In this document: positions 1 through 8,431 of the stretch, in pieces
Layout: each line of letters starts with the position of its first letter
How positions within the stretch are numbered: position 1 is the stretch's first letter
NCBI GenBank assembly: GCA_002722615.1
Contig: PBMQ01000020.1
Coordinates: 26,738-61,353, forward strand
From: Methanobacteriota archaeon
GTDB taxonomy: Archaea; Thermoplasmatota; Poseidoniia; Poseidoniales; Poseidoniaceae
Direction: 5' to 3'
Length of the DNA: 34,616 nt
The notes under the pieces: generated by a model
What the model was told of the DNA's origin: nothing
Database searches by the model: none
The model's input: the letters and a program-made list of their open reading frames with translations, nothing else
Translations under genes and position numbers: made by a program

Positions 1-59
1 TGCATGATTGCTGTTCTGGCGCCGTCCTCAATAATTTTGGTTGTGACTACATCAGCCAT
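1..59 (-). CDS. Putative virion structural protein, 5' part only (runs out of the window)
   Basis: ATG at 59 with GGAGG RBS upstream. MADVVTTKIIEDGARTAIM resembles N-termini of proteins that follow capsid genes in related aquatic podoviruses. Not in the ORF track. Confidence 0.6.
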   Translation of the reverse strand, partial: MADVVTTKIIEDGARTAIM

Positions 60-75
60 CTTGTCCTCCAGATAA

Positions 76-90
76 GGGGGCTATGCCCCC
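76..90 (-). terminator. GC hairpin, weak terminator or processing site
   Basis: GGGGGC-ATA-GCCCCC then TTAT on the minus strand, just after the 97..579 stop; poor U-tract. Confidence 0.4.
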
Positions 91-96
91 GTCAAT

Positions 97-579
97 TTAT
101 GATGCGTCTGAAGAACTGGATATGCCAAAAAACTTCAGGACAATGACTGTGTCGCCACCCGGATCGCCAGATAGAACAACCTCTACCTCGTCAGCCGTTG
201 CTGTGGCCGCAGTGGTTGTGCCACCGGACATTCCGAGAACGCCGTTGCAAGGGAAGAATCCCTTGAAGCCTGTAGAGTTGACAGCGGCAGAGATACCATC
301 GACAAAGCCATCTGTGTCTGCGTCAGTGCCAATATCGTTAAGGTTGACGGCATTAGCGGCGGCTGTAGTGACAACAACCGTGACACCCATAGGGAGGAAG
401 TTTGACGGGATACCAATGGCGGCTTCTTTACCTGTCGTCGCACCGTCAGCAACGGTAATCGTCGCCTCGTAGGTGGATAACGTCATAGTGCTGGTAATAG
501 AGCCAGTGGTGGAGTTTTTGGTGATGTCTGAGAACCCGTTTTCAGAACGGACGGGACCGTTGAATGTAGAATTAGCCAT
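97..579 (-). CDS. Minor capsid/decoration-type virion protein
   Basis: 160 aa, Thr/Gly/Ala-rich, N-terminus MANSTFNGPVRSENGF, AGGAG RBS, directly downstream of the major capsid gene. Confidence 0.6.
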   Translation of the reverse strand: MANSTFNGPVRSENGFSDITKNSTTGSITSTMTLSTYEATITVADGATTGKEAAIGIPSNFLPMGVTVVVTTAAANAVNLNDIGTDADTDGFVDGISAAVNSTGFKGFFPCNGVLGMSGGTTTAATATADEVEVVLSGDPGGDTVIVLKFFGISSSSDAS

Positions 580-635
580 GTGATTCTCCTGTCGTGGCTA
601 GTGTCTAATGTTCCATGTGGAACAATTAGTCAGGG

Positions 636-657
636 AAAAAGGGGGGCAAAGCCCCCC
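636..657 (-). terminator. Rho-independent terminator after the major capsid gene
   Basis: Minus strand GGGGGGC-TTT-GCCCCCC followed by TTTTT, 6 nt after the MCP stop. Confidence 0.85.
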
Positions 658-663
658 GACATT

Positions 664-1572
664 TTAGGAAGTTCCGGGCGAGCCGTAAATTCCGAGTGGA
701 TCAGACACACCGAACGAGTAACGAGCGCGGGCTTTGTAGCGCACGTTTCCTGTGTCGAAGTCTCCGTCCATTGAGGTTTCAAGCGCGGTGCGCTCAAAAT
801 GCTTCATGCCATTCGGTACATCGGTAATCAAGAAGAAGGCATTAGTATCGGTCAAGAAGTGATTGATCGAATATCCTTCTGGGATTGATCCGTTGTTGCG
901 AAGGGCGTTCAGGTCATTGTCAGATGTTCCGACTCGACCCTCAGTCTCAAGCAAGCGAGTTGCTACAAACTGAAGTGCGGGGGGAACGATTAGACGCCGA
1001 GGTCTAGCCGCGATCAGCAGTCCACGCTCATCGGTAAATGCGGCGATGTTAATCACAGCATCTTCCAGTGAGGTTTCATTCAGATCAGCCGCAGTAGCAA
1101 ACGTATTGGAGTTAGTTCCTCCGTTTACCAGCGGGTGAGCCGTGCTGAACAGGGTTACACCATCACCAGAGTTAAAGGTGTTGAACCCGTTGTTGAGAAG
1201 CGCCGCCGCCTTCACTTGCTTGGTATGAGCCATTGCTCTTGCAAGAGACTTTGTGTATCTTGCAGACAGTGAGTCATATAGATTGTCCTCCATTGCTTCT
1301 TCTGTAATACTGAAGCCGAGAGCAATCGTTTCGTGATTATACCTAGCAGTGAACGACTCTTGCGCCGAGTCATAGCTGATGGCCGCGCCTTCAGCTTTAA
1401 CTGGTGCGGCACCGAAGCCGGACAGCTTTACTTCTTCTTCAAACGAACGCTCAGATGATTCAGTTTCGTAAATCATCGTGTGCTCGTCCTCATACCGCTC
1501 ATACTCCATTCCAAACAAAGCGTTCAGACCGGGGAGCAGTTCTTTCAACATTTGTGCGCGTGAAATAGCCAT
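664..1572 (-). CDS. Major capsid protein (HK97 fold; BPP-1/HTVC010P-like)
   Basis: 302 aa; MAISRAQMLKELLPGLNALFG, LFSTAHPL, LIVPPALQF, ARYSFGVSDP motifs; AAGGAG RBS; followed by a terminator. Confidence 0.92.
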   Translation of the reverse strand: MAISRAQMLKELLPGLNALFGMEYERYEDEHTMIYETESSERSFEEEVKLSGFGAAPVKAEGAAISYDSAQESFTARYNHETIALGFSITEEAMEDNLYDSLSARYTKSLARAMAHTKQVKAAALLNNGFNTFNSGDGVTLFSTAHPLVNGGTNSNTFATAADLNETSLEDAVINIAAFTDERGLLIAARPRRLIVPPALQFVATRLLETEGRVGTSDNDLNALRNNGSIPEGYSINHFLTDTNAFFLITDVPNGMKHFERTALETSMDGDFDTGNVRYKARARYSFGVSDPLGIYGSPGTS

Positions 1573-1585
1573 TTCCTAAGTCTCC

Positions 1586-2173
1586 TTAAACGCCGAGCTT
1601 GGTTTCGTAGGCATGGCTAAGTGGGAGGTACGTCACAATACAGTCGGTGAAAGCATCACCTACCGTGCTGTTAGGGCCGTCCACGAAGTCCACAATACGA
1701 AGCGGGAGCGTGTTGGTGGTTGCGACAGAGCCACCGTCAAGAGCATTCTTGCTCCTACCGATAGCAGTTGAGCCAGCAGTGCTGACAGCCGAGACGTTGT
1801 TACCCAGACCAGTCTGAGCAATTGCCTCGTCTCCCTGCATCTGGAACAACAGCTTGGGATCATCCACGACATAAGCCATGATGTCACTTGCCGCTGTTGA
1901 GGCAGGGAAGTATTGGTTAAAGGTTAACTGACCAGTACCGGGATCGGTGTAGGAAACGCCGACAAAGATGCCGACAGTGCCTGCCACGACAGCAGTCGTA
2001 ACCGCCGCCTTTTCCAAAGTACCAGCCGCAACCAGCTTGACGAAATCGCCATAAAAGATGTCCGTAGCATAACCACTAGCAATCTTGATATGGCGCACTT
2101 TTCCGGTGAAAGAACCAGAAGCACTAAGAGTGCCTACGGGTTCTGCACCCATCGGAGTAGCCGCTGTAGCCAT
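1586..2173 (-). CDS. Capsid cement/decoration protein
   Basis: 195 aa, rich in small residues, IFYGDFVKL and VVDDPKLLF motifs, immediately upstream of MCP as in BPP-1-like heads. Confidence 0.65.
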   Translation of the reverse strand: MATAATPMGAEPVGTLSASGSFTGKVRHIKIASGYATDIFYGDFVKLVAAGTLEKAAVTTAVVAGTVGIFVGVSYTDPGTGQLTFNQYFPASTAASDIMAYVVDDPKLLFQMQGDEAIAQTGLGNNVSAVSTAGSTAIGRSKNALDGGSVATTNTLPLRIVDFVDGPNSTVGDAFTDCIVTYLPLSHAYETKLGV

Positions 2174-2224
2174 TTTAAGTCTCCAAACTTAGATTAAAGG
2201 CCAAAGCTCTCCGGTAAACCGGAG

Positions 2225-2677
2225 TCAACTTCGACCAAAGGTAGTCCGAGTTGACCGCTCAGGATTGAGAACGGGCATTCGGGGATCGTTTTGCTTTAAG
2301 AAGTTGTTATCAACAGACGCCATCTGATTGTTAGCGACATCTTCGTAGTATGCCTTTCTCTTCTCAGCCTCTGCTTCTGGCTGTTTACAGAGTAAAAGAC
2401 CACCTATTTCAATGTTGCCTTTGAATCGGGAATCTATATCAGACATAACCTCAAGCTCTGGATGATCTTCCTGCTTTACAGGCACCCATCCTTCCCTAAA
2501 CTTCTGGGAAACATTCGTAGCATCTGACTGGCCCAATGTGCTGGTGCGTACCCATCTAAACACCCAGCCGTCTTGAGGGGCTGGGGTCGGCAGTACGGAG
2601 GCCGGTATCCACGAATCGCTAGGTCTTGTCTCAACTTCTCTGGACTCTGCGTCCCTTTTAGTGCGCTGTTCTGCCAT
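2225..2677 (-). CDS. Conserved head-module protein
   Basis: 150 aa with FRWVR, REGWVPV and IEIGGLLLCK motifs; TAATG coupling to the upstream gene. Confidence 0.65.
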   Translation of the reverse strand: MAEQRTKRDAESREVETRPSDSWIPASVLPTPAPQDGWVFRWVRTSTLGQSDATNVSQKFREGWVPVKQEDHPELEVMSDIDSRFKGNIEIGGLLLCKQPEAEAEKRKAYYEDVANNQMASVDNNFLKQNDPRMPVLNPERSTRTTFGRS

Positions 2678-3684
2678 TACTGAGCCTCCTTCATAAGCTG
2701 GTTGGCATACTGTTCAGGGGTTATACCCAGCCTCTTGGCTAGGCTTAGCTGAGTGCGAGTCAGCTTAACCTTGCGTGGCTTTGCACCGTTGTTCCGCGAG
2801 GAAGGCGCTGTGACCACGGGTGGACTTTTGGCAGAGACTTCGTCTTCACCAAAATATTCGGGAAACTTAGACCGCATGGTGCGATCAATTTCCTGAAAAT
2901 ACTCGTCAGAGTTGGGGTCGAAACCCTCATCCCTAACTAACCGCTCGTGGACGCCATACGCCAAAGCGGTCATATCTTTTTCTTGTCCGAACCATTGATT
3001 TTCTTGAGCCCATTTAGCCGCTTTTTCTGTCGGCTGTGGGGGCTCTTGAGGTTGCGGCTGTGGTTGTGGTTGCTGTTGGGCAGGTTGCTGAGGCGCTTGC
3101 ATTTGCGACTGTTGCCACTGCTTCCACTGCTCTCTGTTTTGAGAGAGTTGATTAAACTGCTGATCGGCAGAGCTAAACTCCGCCTGAGCACGGATCATAG
3201 CCTCTTGGGCTTCGACAACCTTATCCGTGTTTCCTTCTTCGTATGCTTGGCGATACTGACCCTTAGCTTGCTCCAGCGCCAAATTAGCTCGCTCTCGAAT
3301 CTGATGAACCAGATACTGCTCGCCCTCTTGGATGATCGCATGATACTTCTTGTTTTCGTCCGCATACTTCTGTGCCACTCGGACAGCTTCTTCCTGCATC
3401 TTTTCAGCGGCTTCGCGTTGCCGACGCTCCTCATGCTGTTGATAGCGGAGCTTGTTGATGCGTTTCTTAACCTTGTCGGAGTAACCCTCCAGTTCTTCTT
3501 CTTCACTGGGCTCCTCCTGCTTGGCTTCTTTTGCTGGAGGCCGTCTATCCTCCGGTGGTCGGTCATCTACAACCTCAACGTCTACGTCTTCAACAGGTAC
3601 TCCCTTGTCGTCAAACGTCGTCTTGACACCAAAAAACTTGTCCTCTGAGGACATGGTCTGCTCGTCTATCTGCTCTTCGCTCAT
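2677..3684 (-). CDS. Capsid scaffolding protein
   Basis: 335 aa, acidic, coiled-coil and Gln/Pro-rich; YSDKVKKRI, NQWFG, C-terminal AKRLGITPEQYA; lies between portal and MCP. Confidence 0.7.
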   Translation of the reverse strand: MSEEQIDEQTMSSEDKFFGVKTTFDDKGVPVEDVDVEVVDDRPPEDRRPPAKEAKQEEPSEEEELEGYSDKVKKRINKLRYQQHEERRQREAAEKMQEEAVRVAQKYADENKKYHAIIQEGEQYLVHQIRERANLALEQAKGQYRQAYEEGNTDKVVEAQEAMIRAQAEFSSADQQFNQLSQNREQWKQWQQSQMQAPQQPAQQQPQPQPQPQEPPQPTEKAAKWAQENQWFGQEKDMTALAYGVHERLVRDEGFDPNSDEYFQEIDRTMRSKFPEYFGEDEVSAKSPPVVTAPSSRNNGAKPRKVKLTRTQLSLAKRLGITPEQYANQLMKEAQ

Positions 3685-4037
3685 ACCTTCACTATCCCCC
3701 TCGGGTCTTCAACTACTGCTTCAACGCTGTCGTCATTGATCAGGCGAAACTCTTTGCCATGAACTTTAAATCGCGTCCCGCTATATGAGCGCATCAGCAC
3801 CCAATCTCCTTCTTCACACCACGGGCCGCTAGGAAAACGGGTTTTATCCCCGTAAGCGTCTGCGCCCATCTTCAGTACAAAACCGCAAACAGAACCAATT
3901 TCCTCTACTTGCATGGTTTCTCGTGCTTTTAGGATGCCCCCCTCCGTCATTTCTTCGGGTTCGGGGAGAGCGATGAGTAATTTGTAACCTTTAGGCTCAG
4001 GTAACTGCTTTGCAGTCTGAGTGTCTTCTTCAGTCAT
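3681..4037 (-). CDS. GroES/Cpn10-like co-chaperonin
   Basis: PKGYKLLI, TEGGIL, GFVLKMG, EGDWVL..YSGT, FRLINDDSVEAVV match the Cpn10 pattern. Start moved to ATG 4037 (GGAAGGA RBS). Confidence 0.8.
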   Translation of the reverse strand: MTEEDTQTAKQLPEPKGYKLLIALPEPEEMTEGGILKARETMQVEEIGSVCGFVLKMGADAYGDKTRFPSGPWCEEGDWVLMRSYSGTRFKVHGKEFRLINDDSVEAVVEDPRGIVKV

Positions 4038-4099
4038 AATGTCCTTCCTGCACCAGAAGTGGGTGTCTGGTGTCACCATGCGTTACTCTGTGTAACGAA

Positions 4100-4300
4100 T
4101 TACTCGCGCTCTATCCTTTCATCTAGGTCTAGTAGCGTGCGCTCTGCGTGGGCAAGGCCTTGAATGATGCCGACATTTCGGGAGTACTCATTCATGTCTT
4201 TACAACCGCCAACGGCGAGGTGATCTGTCACTTCGTTCATCTGGGTGCGGAGTTCAGCCTGTATTGCCTCCAGCAGGTTATTGCTTGCTTTCTTCGTCAT
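4100..4300 (-). CDS. Small conserved protein downstream of portal
   Basis: 66 aa with EY...VGIIQGL motif; overlaps the portal stop. Confidence 0.65.
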   Translation of the reverse strand: MTKKASNNLLEAIQAELRTQMNEVTDHLAVGGCKDMNEYSRNVGIIQGLAHAERTLLDLDERIERE

Positions 4301-6731
4301 CTATGATGTCCTTCACCATATTGAAGCCAGCCTTGAAGCCCTCTATTTCTTGCTGAGAAGCCTCTTTGCTGTCTTGCATCGCAACCTTAGCCGCGATCTT
4401 TGCGCTTTCTAAGCGTTCCTCTTGATCCATCTTCTCCAGATCAATCATGGTTTTGGCTTCAGCTTTTTGTGCATCGACTTGGACTTTTGCCATGTCGGTT
4501 TGCGCCCTAGCCATAGCCTGCTGTTCCTTGAGCGCCAACTCTCGCTGTTGCATCTGAATAACAGGATCTTGCGACTGTTTGGCGTTTTGTTCTGCCTGCT
4601 CCATCATCTTGGCCTTGCCCGTAAGCTGTTCAGCCGCAGGCACTGCCAGTCTGGATATACGCAGTTCAATATCTTCGGGTAGCTTTTCGTCTGGACCGGG
4701 AAGCTCCATTCCCAATTCTTTCTCAATCTTAGACCTGTATAGAAACGCTACATGTTCTGCAATGTGCGCGGCAAAAGCGGCCTCTATGGCCTTTTTGTTG
4801 GGCGCCCGGGCGACCATCTTCATGATCTCTGGGTTTTGCATCGCCGCCATGTGGACTTGGATGTGGGCTTCGTGATCCTGATATATAAACGCCTTGACCG
4901 GCTCTCCGGTGATGATGTTCATATTTTCTGTAATAGGATCAGTTGGCTTAATGTCGTCCTCTGTTGGAACGATTTTGTCTGCGTCCTGAATGCCCAAGAC
5001 ATCTAACATCTGACGGTGAAGCAGTGGCAAGTCATACATCTGGGGTGCCTGAGCCGCCAACTGCAACGCCGCCTGATACTGCATGATCCTTTGAGCCATT
5101 GTGCCTGCGTTAGGATCGCTGACCGGAATAATGTCTACCCGATCATCAAAGTCCATCGGCAGTGCCTGCCCATCCTCATCTTCGTAGGGATAAACCTCTG
5201 GACCGTAGTCCCTGACAAGCTCTGCCAATATCTTTAGTTCTTTGGAGACTGCCGCGTGAACACGAGCCTGTACCGCGCTCATCACCTTCATCTCTCGCTC
5301 TAGAACTGCAAGCGTGGTGCCAACCGGCGCTTCGCCATTGATGTCTGAGGCTTTTACATCCGCCGCTGACGCAAATCGACGCCCCTCCTGAACAATGTCG
5401 CCCAGCAACTGGTAAAGGACGTTGCTCGGCTCCTTGTAAGGCAGGAACGTGATGTTGTCGCGGATTGCACCACCCGGAACGTCTACGTCTCGGAACTCTC
5501 CGGGCATGATGGGAGTGTCATCGCCCTTAATTCTGAGTCCCCGAGATTTCAATCCCCCCGGTAGGTTGGCAAGTGTTCCGGCGTCTACCAGCTGTCTCAG
5601 CAACGATGTTGCCGACTTGGATAGACCACCGATCATATGTACTAGGCCGAAGCCATAAAAGCCCAGACCGGGCAAATACTGGTAGTGAACATAGTGATCC
5701 CGCTTCATCTTCTTGGGGTCACTTTCATACCAGTTTCGTCGAATCGACAGGATTGTTCTTGATGACTTGTCAATGGTAACGACATAAGGCAAAGCAATGC
5801 CCGTGGTCTTGCCTCCGTCCTTGTCCTCAAACCCAATAAGGTCGATATCGACGTGCATCTCAAGCAGGGTATGGCGGTTGTCAAACTCGTAATTGTCCGA
5901 GTCTCCAGTCAGCCGATCATACTTCTGCTGTATCTCTGAAATATCCGGTGATGGAGCAGGCAAGTCTATGTCAGAATAAAACCCGCTTACCTGTAACTTC
6001 CTGATTTCATTGGAAGTTTTCTTCATTACATGCGTAGCACGCTCGCAGGTAGTCAGGTCTGATGCACCATAACTAACAACAAAATCCTCTGCTGGCACAA
6101 ACATGGCACAAGGTCTGCCCATGCTTGGGTCAAAGTACACCTTGCGGAATGCAGAGCCTGCAATCGACAGAGAAAACAACAGCTTCTCTGTCTCCGTTCG
6201 GTATTCCGTCATACGCTGGGTAATCAGGTAGTTGAGGTAGTTCTCAACTCTGTGCGCCTGCTTGGTCTTTTCGTCGTCTATCTTGCCGACGATAGTGGTC
6301 TTTACAGGCCCACTGGCAGGATATATCTCCTGTATCGTTTGTGCTTGAAAGCGGATAACCGCCTCGGACAGCATAGGGTGAAATACCCCGCAGGCTCCTT
6401 CCCACGGCGTAGACCTGTCCTCAAACTTTAGTCCTAACAAGTCAAGACCACGGACATAGGAGTCTTCCCAGTCTGCACGGCTCATCCGGTCAGCATCAAA
6501 CTGGGATACTAGCTCACTAGCAAGACTGTCTAGGTCTCGCTCATCCATGTACTCAGCAAGGTTAGAGCCATGCTCAACGCCCATGAGGGCAGGCATATTG
6601 GGATCAAAATCAATAATCATCCCGCCATCTTCGTCCATCAAGCTGACAGACTCGGGATTCTCGATAACGATCTCTAGCTCTTCTGCGGCCCCAGAAGGGG
6701 CGAAGGGCGTTGCTACGCGGTCAACAGCCAC
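4278..6731 (-). CDS. Portal protein (P22-like, long C-terminal coiled coil)
   Basis: 817 aa, GTG start; SRADWE, PWEGACGVFHP, GSAFRKVY, PGLGFYGFG, PGEFRDVD motifs; Gln/Ala-rich helical tail. Confidence 0.88.
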   Translation of the reverse strand: MAVDRVATPFAPSGAAEELEIVIENPESVSLMDEDGGMIIDFDPNMPALMGVEHGSNLAEYMDERDLDSLASELVSQFDADRMSRADWEDSYVRGLDLLGLKFEDRSTPWEGACGVFHPMLSEAVIRFQAQTIQEIYPASGPVKTTIVGKIDDEKTKQAHRVENYLNYLITQRMTEYRTETEKLLFSLSIAGSAFRKVYFDPSMGRPCAMFVPAEDFVVSYGASDLTTCERATHVMKKTSNEIRKLQVSGFYSDIDLPAPSPDISEIQQKYDRLTGDSDNYEFDNRHTLLEMHVDIDLIGFEDKDGGKTTGIALPYVVTIDKSSRTILSIRRNWYESDPKKMKRDHYVHYQYLPGLGFYGFGLVHMIGGLSKSATSLLRQLVDAGTLANLPGGLKSRGLRIKGDDTPIMPGEFRDVDVPGGAIRDNITFLPYKEPSNVLYQLLGDIVQEGRRFASAADVKASDINGEAPVGTTLAVLEREMKVMSAVQARVHAAVSKELKILAELVRDYGPEVYPYEDEDGQALPMDFDDRVDIIPVSDPNAGTMAQRIMQYQAALQLAAQAPQMYDLPLLHRQMLDVLGIQDADKIVPTEDDIKPTDPITENMNIITGEPVKAFIYQDHEAHIQVHMAAMQNPEIMKMVARAPNKKAIEAAFAAHIAEHVAFLYRSKIEKELGMELPGPDEKLPEDIELRISRLAVPAAEQLTGKAKMMEQAEQNAKQSQDPVIQMQQRELALKEQQAMARAQTDMAKVQVDAQKAEAKTMIDLEKMDQEERLESAKIAAKVAMQDSKEASQQEIEGFKAGFNMVKDIIDDEESKQ

Positions 6732-7013
6732 TTAGCCTTTTCCGCCTCTCTTACCGCCCTTGGTGCTCATCTTGCTCATCACCTTGCCGCCTTTAAAGTA
6801 GCCCTTCGCCATCATCTTGTTGGCTACCTTTGTTTTTCCGCCGCCTGCCATCTTCCCTTGGCCGTCTGCGGCAAAATGCGGCACCTCTTGGCCCTTGTCG
6901 TTCGTGACCATTTTCATCTTGCCGCCTGCCTTCATACCCTTGGGCACCATCTTGCCGCCTGCCTTCATGCCCTTGGGCATCTTGCCGCCTCTACGATTCA
7001 TCTTGTTCTTCAT
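6732..7013 (-). CDS. Small, very basic Lys/Gly/Met repeat protein
   Basis: ATG 7013 with GAGG RBS; repeated (K)GMKAGGKM units; stop abuts the portal GTG. Confidence 0.65.
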   Translation of the reverse strand: MKNKMNRRGGKMPKGMKAGGKMVPKGMKAGGKMKMVTNDKGQEVPHFAADGQGKMAGGGKTKVANKMMAKGYFKGGKVMSKMSTKGGKRGGKG

Positions 7014-7689
7014 CGTCCTCACCTGCGTATAAGTTGTCGAATACTCTGTTTACGTCCAGCGTGTAGTCCAAATCCGACTTGGAGTAGTGGATGTGCTGTG
7101 ACGGCCTAAAATCTGGTGCGCCCTCTCCCGTTGACCACCATGCTGGGTGTGTCACCCGTACACGGTTGTTGGGTAGCGCCACAATATTGCCCGTCCACGG
7201 GCCTGCATCCAGAAGCTCCATCACATGGCTCTGCTTGTGTTGAGCAGGGTCATCAGCGATTTCGTTGTCTGTGTAGTCCACCGTGAACATGTACTTAGCA
7301 GGGTAGAACTCCCCGTCTATCTTGGCGATCCAAGGACACGGCGTTGCCCTTTCAAGGACATAAACGCTGTGCTCCCTAGATGAGCAGTCCCACGGCTGAG
7401 CCGCGTAGACCGGCATTGGCTCGGGCCACTCCACAAACGGGGTGTCTCCGACCAAAGCAGTGATAGGCATCCTTGCCCACATCGCGCCTCCGTGGACATT
7501 GGGATCGTCGTTGTCATAGGTTTCAGCGCCGGTAAATATCATCTGAAAGCTGAGACACCGACAAGGCATCGTTGTAACTGCAACCGCCATAGCATGTAGA
7601 AACTCGCCATGGTATTTGTCGTGGTTGTGTGTGTATTCGCGTCTTACCCAGCACTTAAAGTGCGGAATATTGCTTTGTAGGAATGCCAT
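6991..7689 (-). CDS. Conserved hypothetical phage protein
   Basis: 232 aa rich in His/Trp/Cys (GAMWARMPI, QPWDC, QHKQSHV, GNIVALPNNR); overlaps both neighbours. Confidence 0.7.
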   Translation of the reverse strand: MAFLQSNIPHFKCWVRREYTHNHDKYHGEFLHAMAVAVTTMPCRCLSFQMIFTGAETYDNDDPNVHGGAMWARMPITALVGDTPFVEWPEPMPVYAAQPWDCSSREHSVYVLERATPCPWIAKIDGEFYPAKYMFTVDYTDNEIADDPAQHKQSHVMELLDAGPWTGNIVALPNNRVRVTHPAWWSTGEGAPDFRPSQHIHYSKSDLDYTLDVNRVFDNLYAGEDDEEQDES

Positions 7690-8431
7690 CTTCTCCGTAA
7701 AACCTCCGTTCCCACGCCTTGTGCCGCTGGATCGGTATCTTGTAGTACGGCAAGAATCGCCCTATATAGATGCAAAACTTGTTCAACCAATGCAGAGGCA
7801 ACGGGAGTGGCCTAAGATAATCAATAAACAAGACCACCCTGACGTTGTCTGTCAGGTTGATCGCAAAATGCTCGTAGGTATCGTCGAACACAACGGCCTT
7901 GCCGTTCTTCCATCGATACTCCTTGCCCATCACAGACAACACGCATCCTTTTCCGTCTGTGGGTATATCTACACCAAGGTGCATTCTCAGCACCCCAGAC
8001 CACGGCCCCTCATGGGGTACAAGCATCTTGTTGGAGTCGAGGATGGAGAAGTAGGCCGAAACAAGGTTTTTGTCGCTATCAACAATCTCCATTGTTTTCG
8101 GAAACAACTCACAGTTCCGGTCAAAGCGCACATTGTTCGCCTTGAGAAAGAACATCCTCCACTTGTCGTCATTCGATATATAAACCTGTTCTGGGCTTAT
8201 ATCTTGGAACAACGGAAAGTCCTGCAATCGTTTTCTTACCTGATCAAACTCTCCGCGTATTAGGAAGTAATTTTCTTCCAGCTTCTGAGTGATCGGGAAA
8301 TCCTTGTTGTCAAAGTAAGCTGGGCCTCCTAGCTTGGAGAAACGCCTGAATACAGGGCGTAGCCTGTGCTCTATGTTATTAACAAAGTGATGCCAGCGAT
8401 TGAGGTCAGTAATAGTTTGCCACCCTTCCAT
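7655..8431 (-). CDS. Aspartyl/asparaginyl beta-hydroxylase family 2OG-Fe(II) dioxygenase (LpxO-related)
   Basis: AYFSIL, PHEGPWSGVLRMHLG, FDDTYEH, RVVLFIDYLRP motifs. Start probably ATG 8431 or 8446, not 8632. Confidence 0.85.
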   Translation of the reverse strand: MEGWQTITDLNRWHHFVNNIEHRLRPVFRRFSKLGGPAYFDNKDFPITQKLEENYFLIRGEFDQVRKRLQDFPLFQDISPEQVYISNDDKWRMFFLKANNVRFDRNCELFPKTMEIVDSDKNLVSAYFSILDSNKMLVPHEGPWSGVLRMHLGVDIPTDGKGCVLSVMGKEYRWKNGKAVVFDDTYEHFAINLTDNVRVVLFIDYLRPLPLPLHWLNKFCIYIGRFLPYYKIPIQRHKAWERRFYGEDGIPTKQYSAL

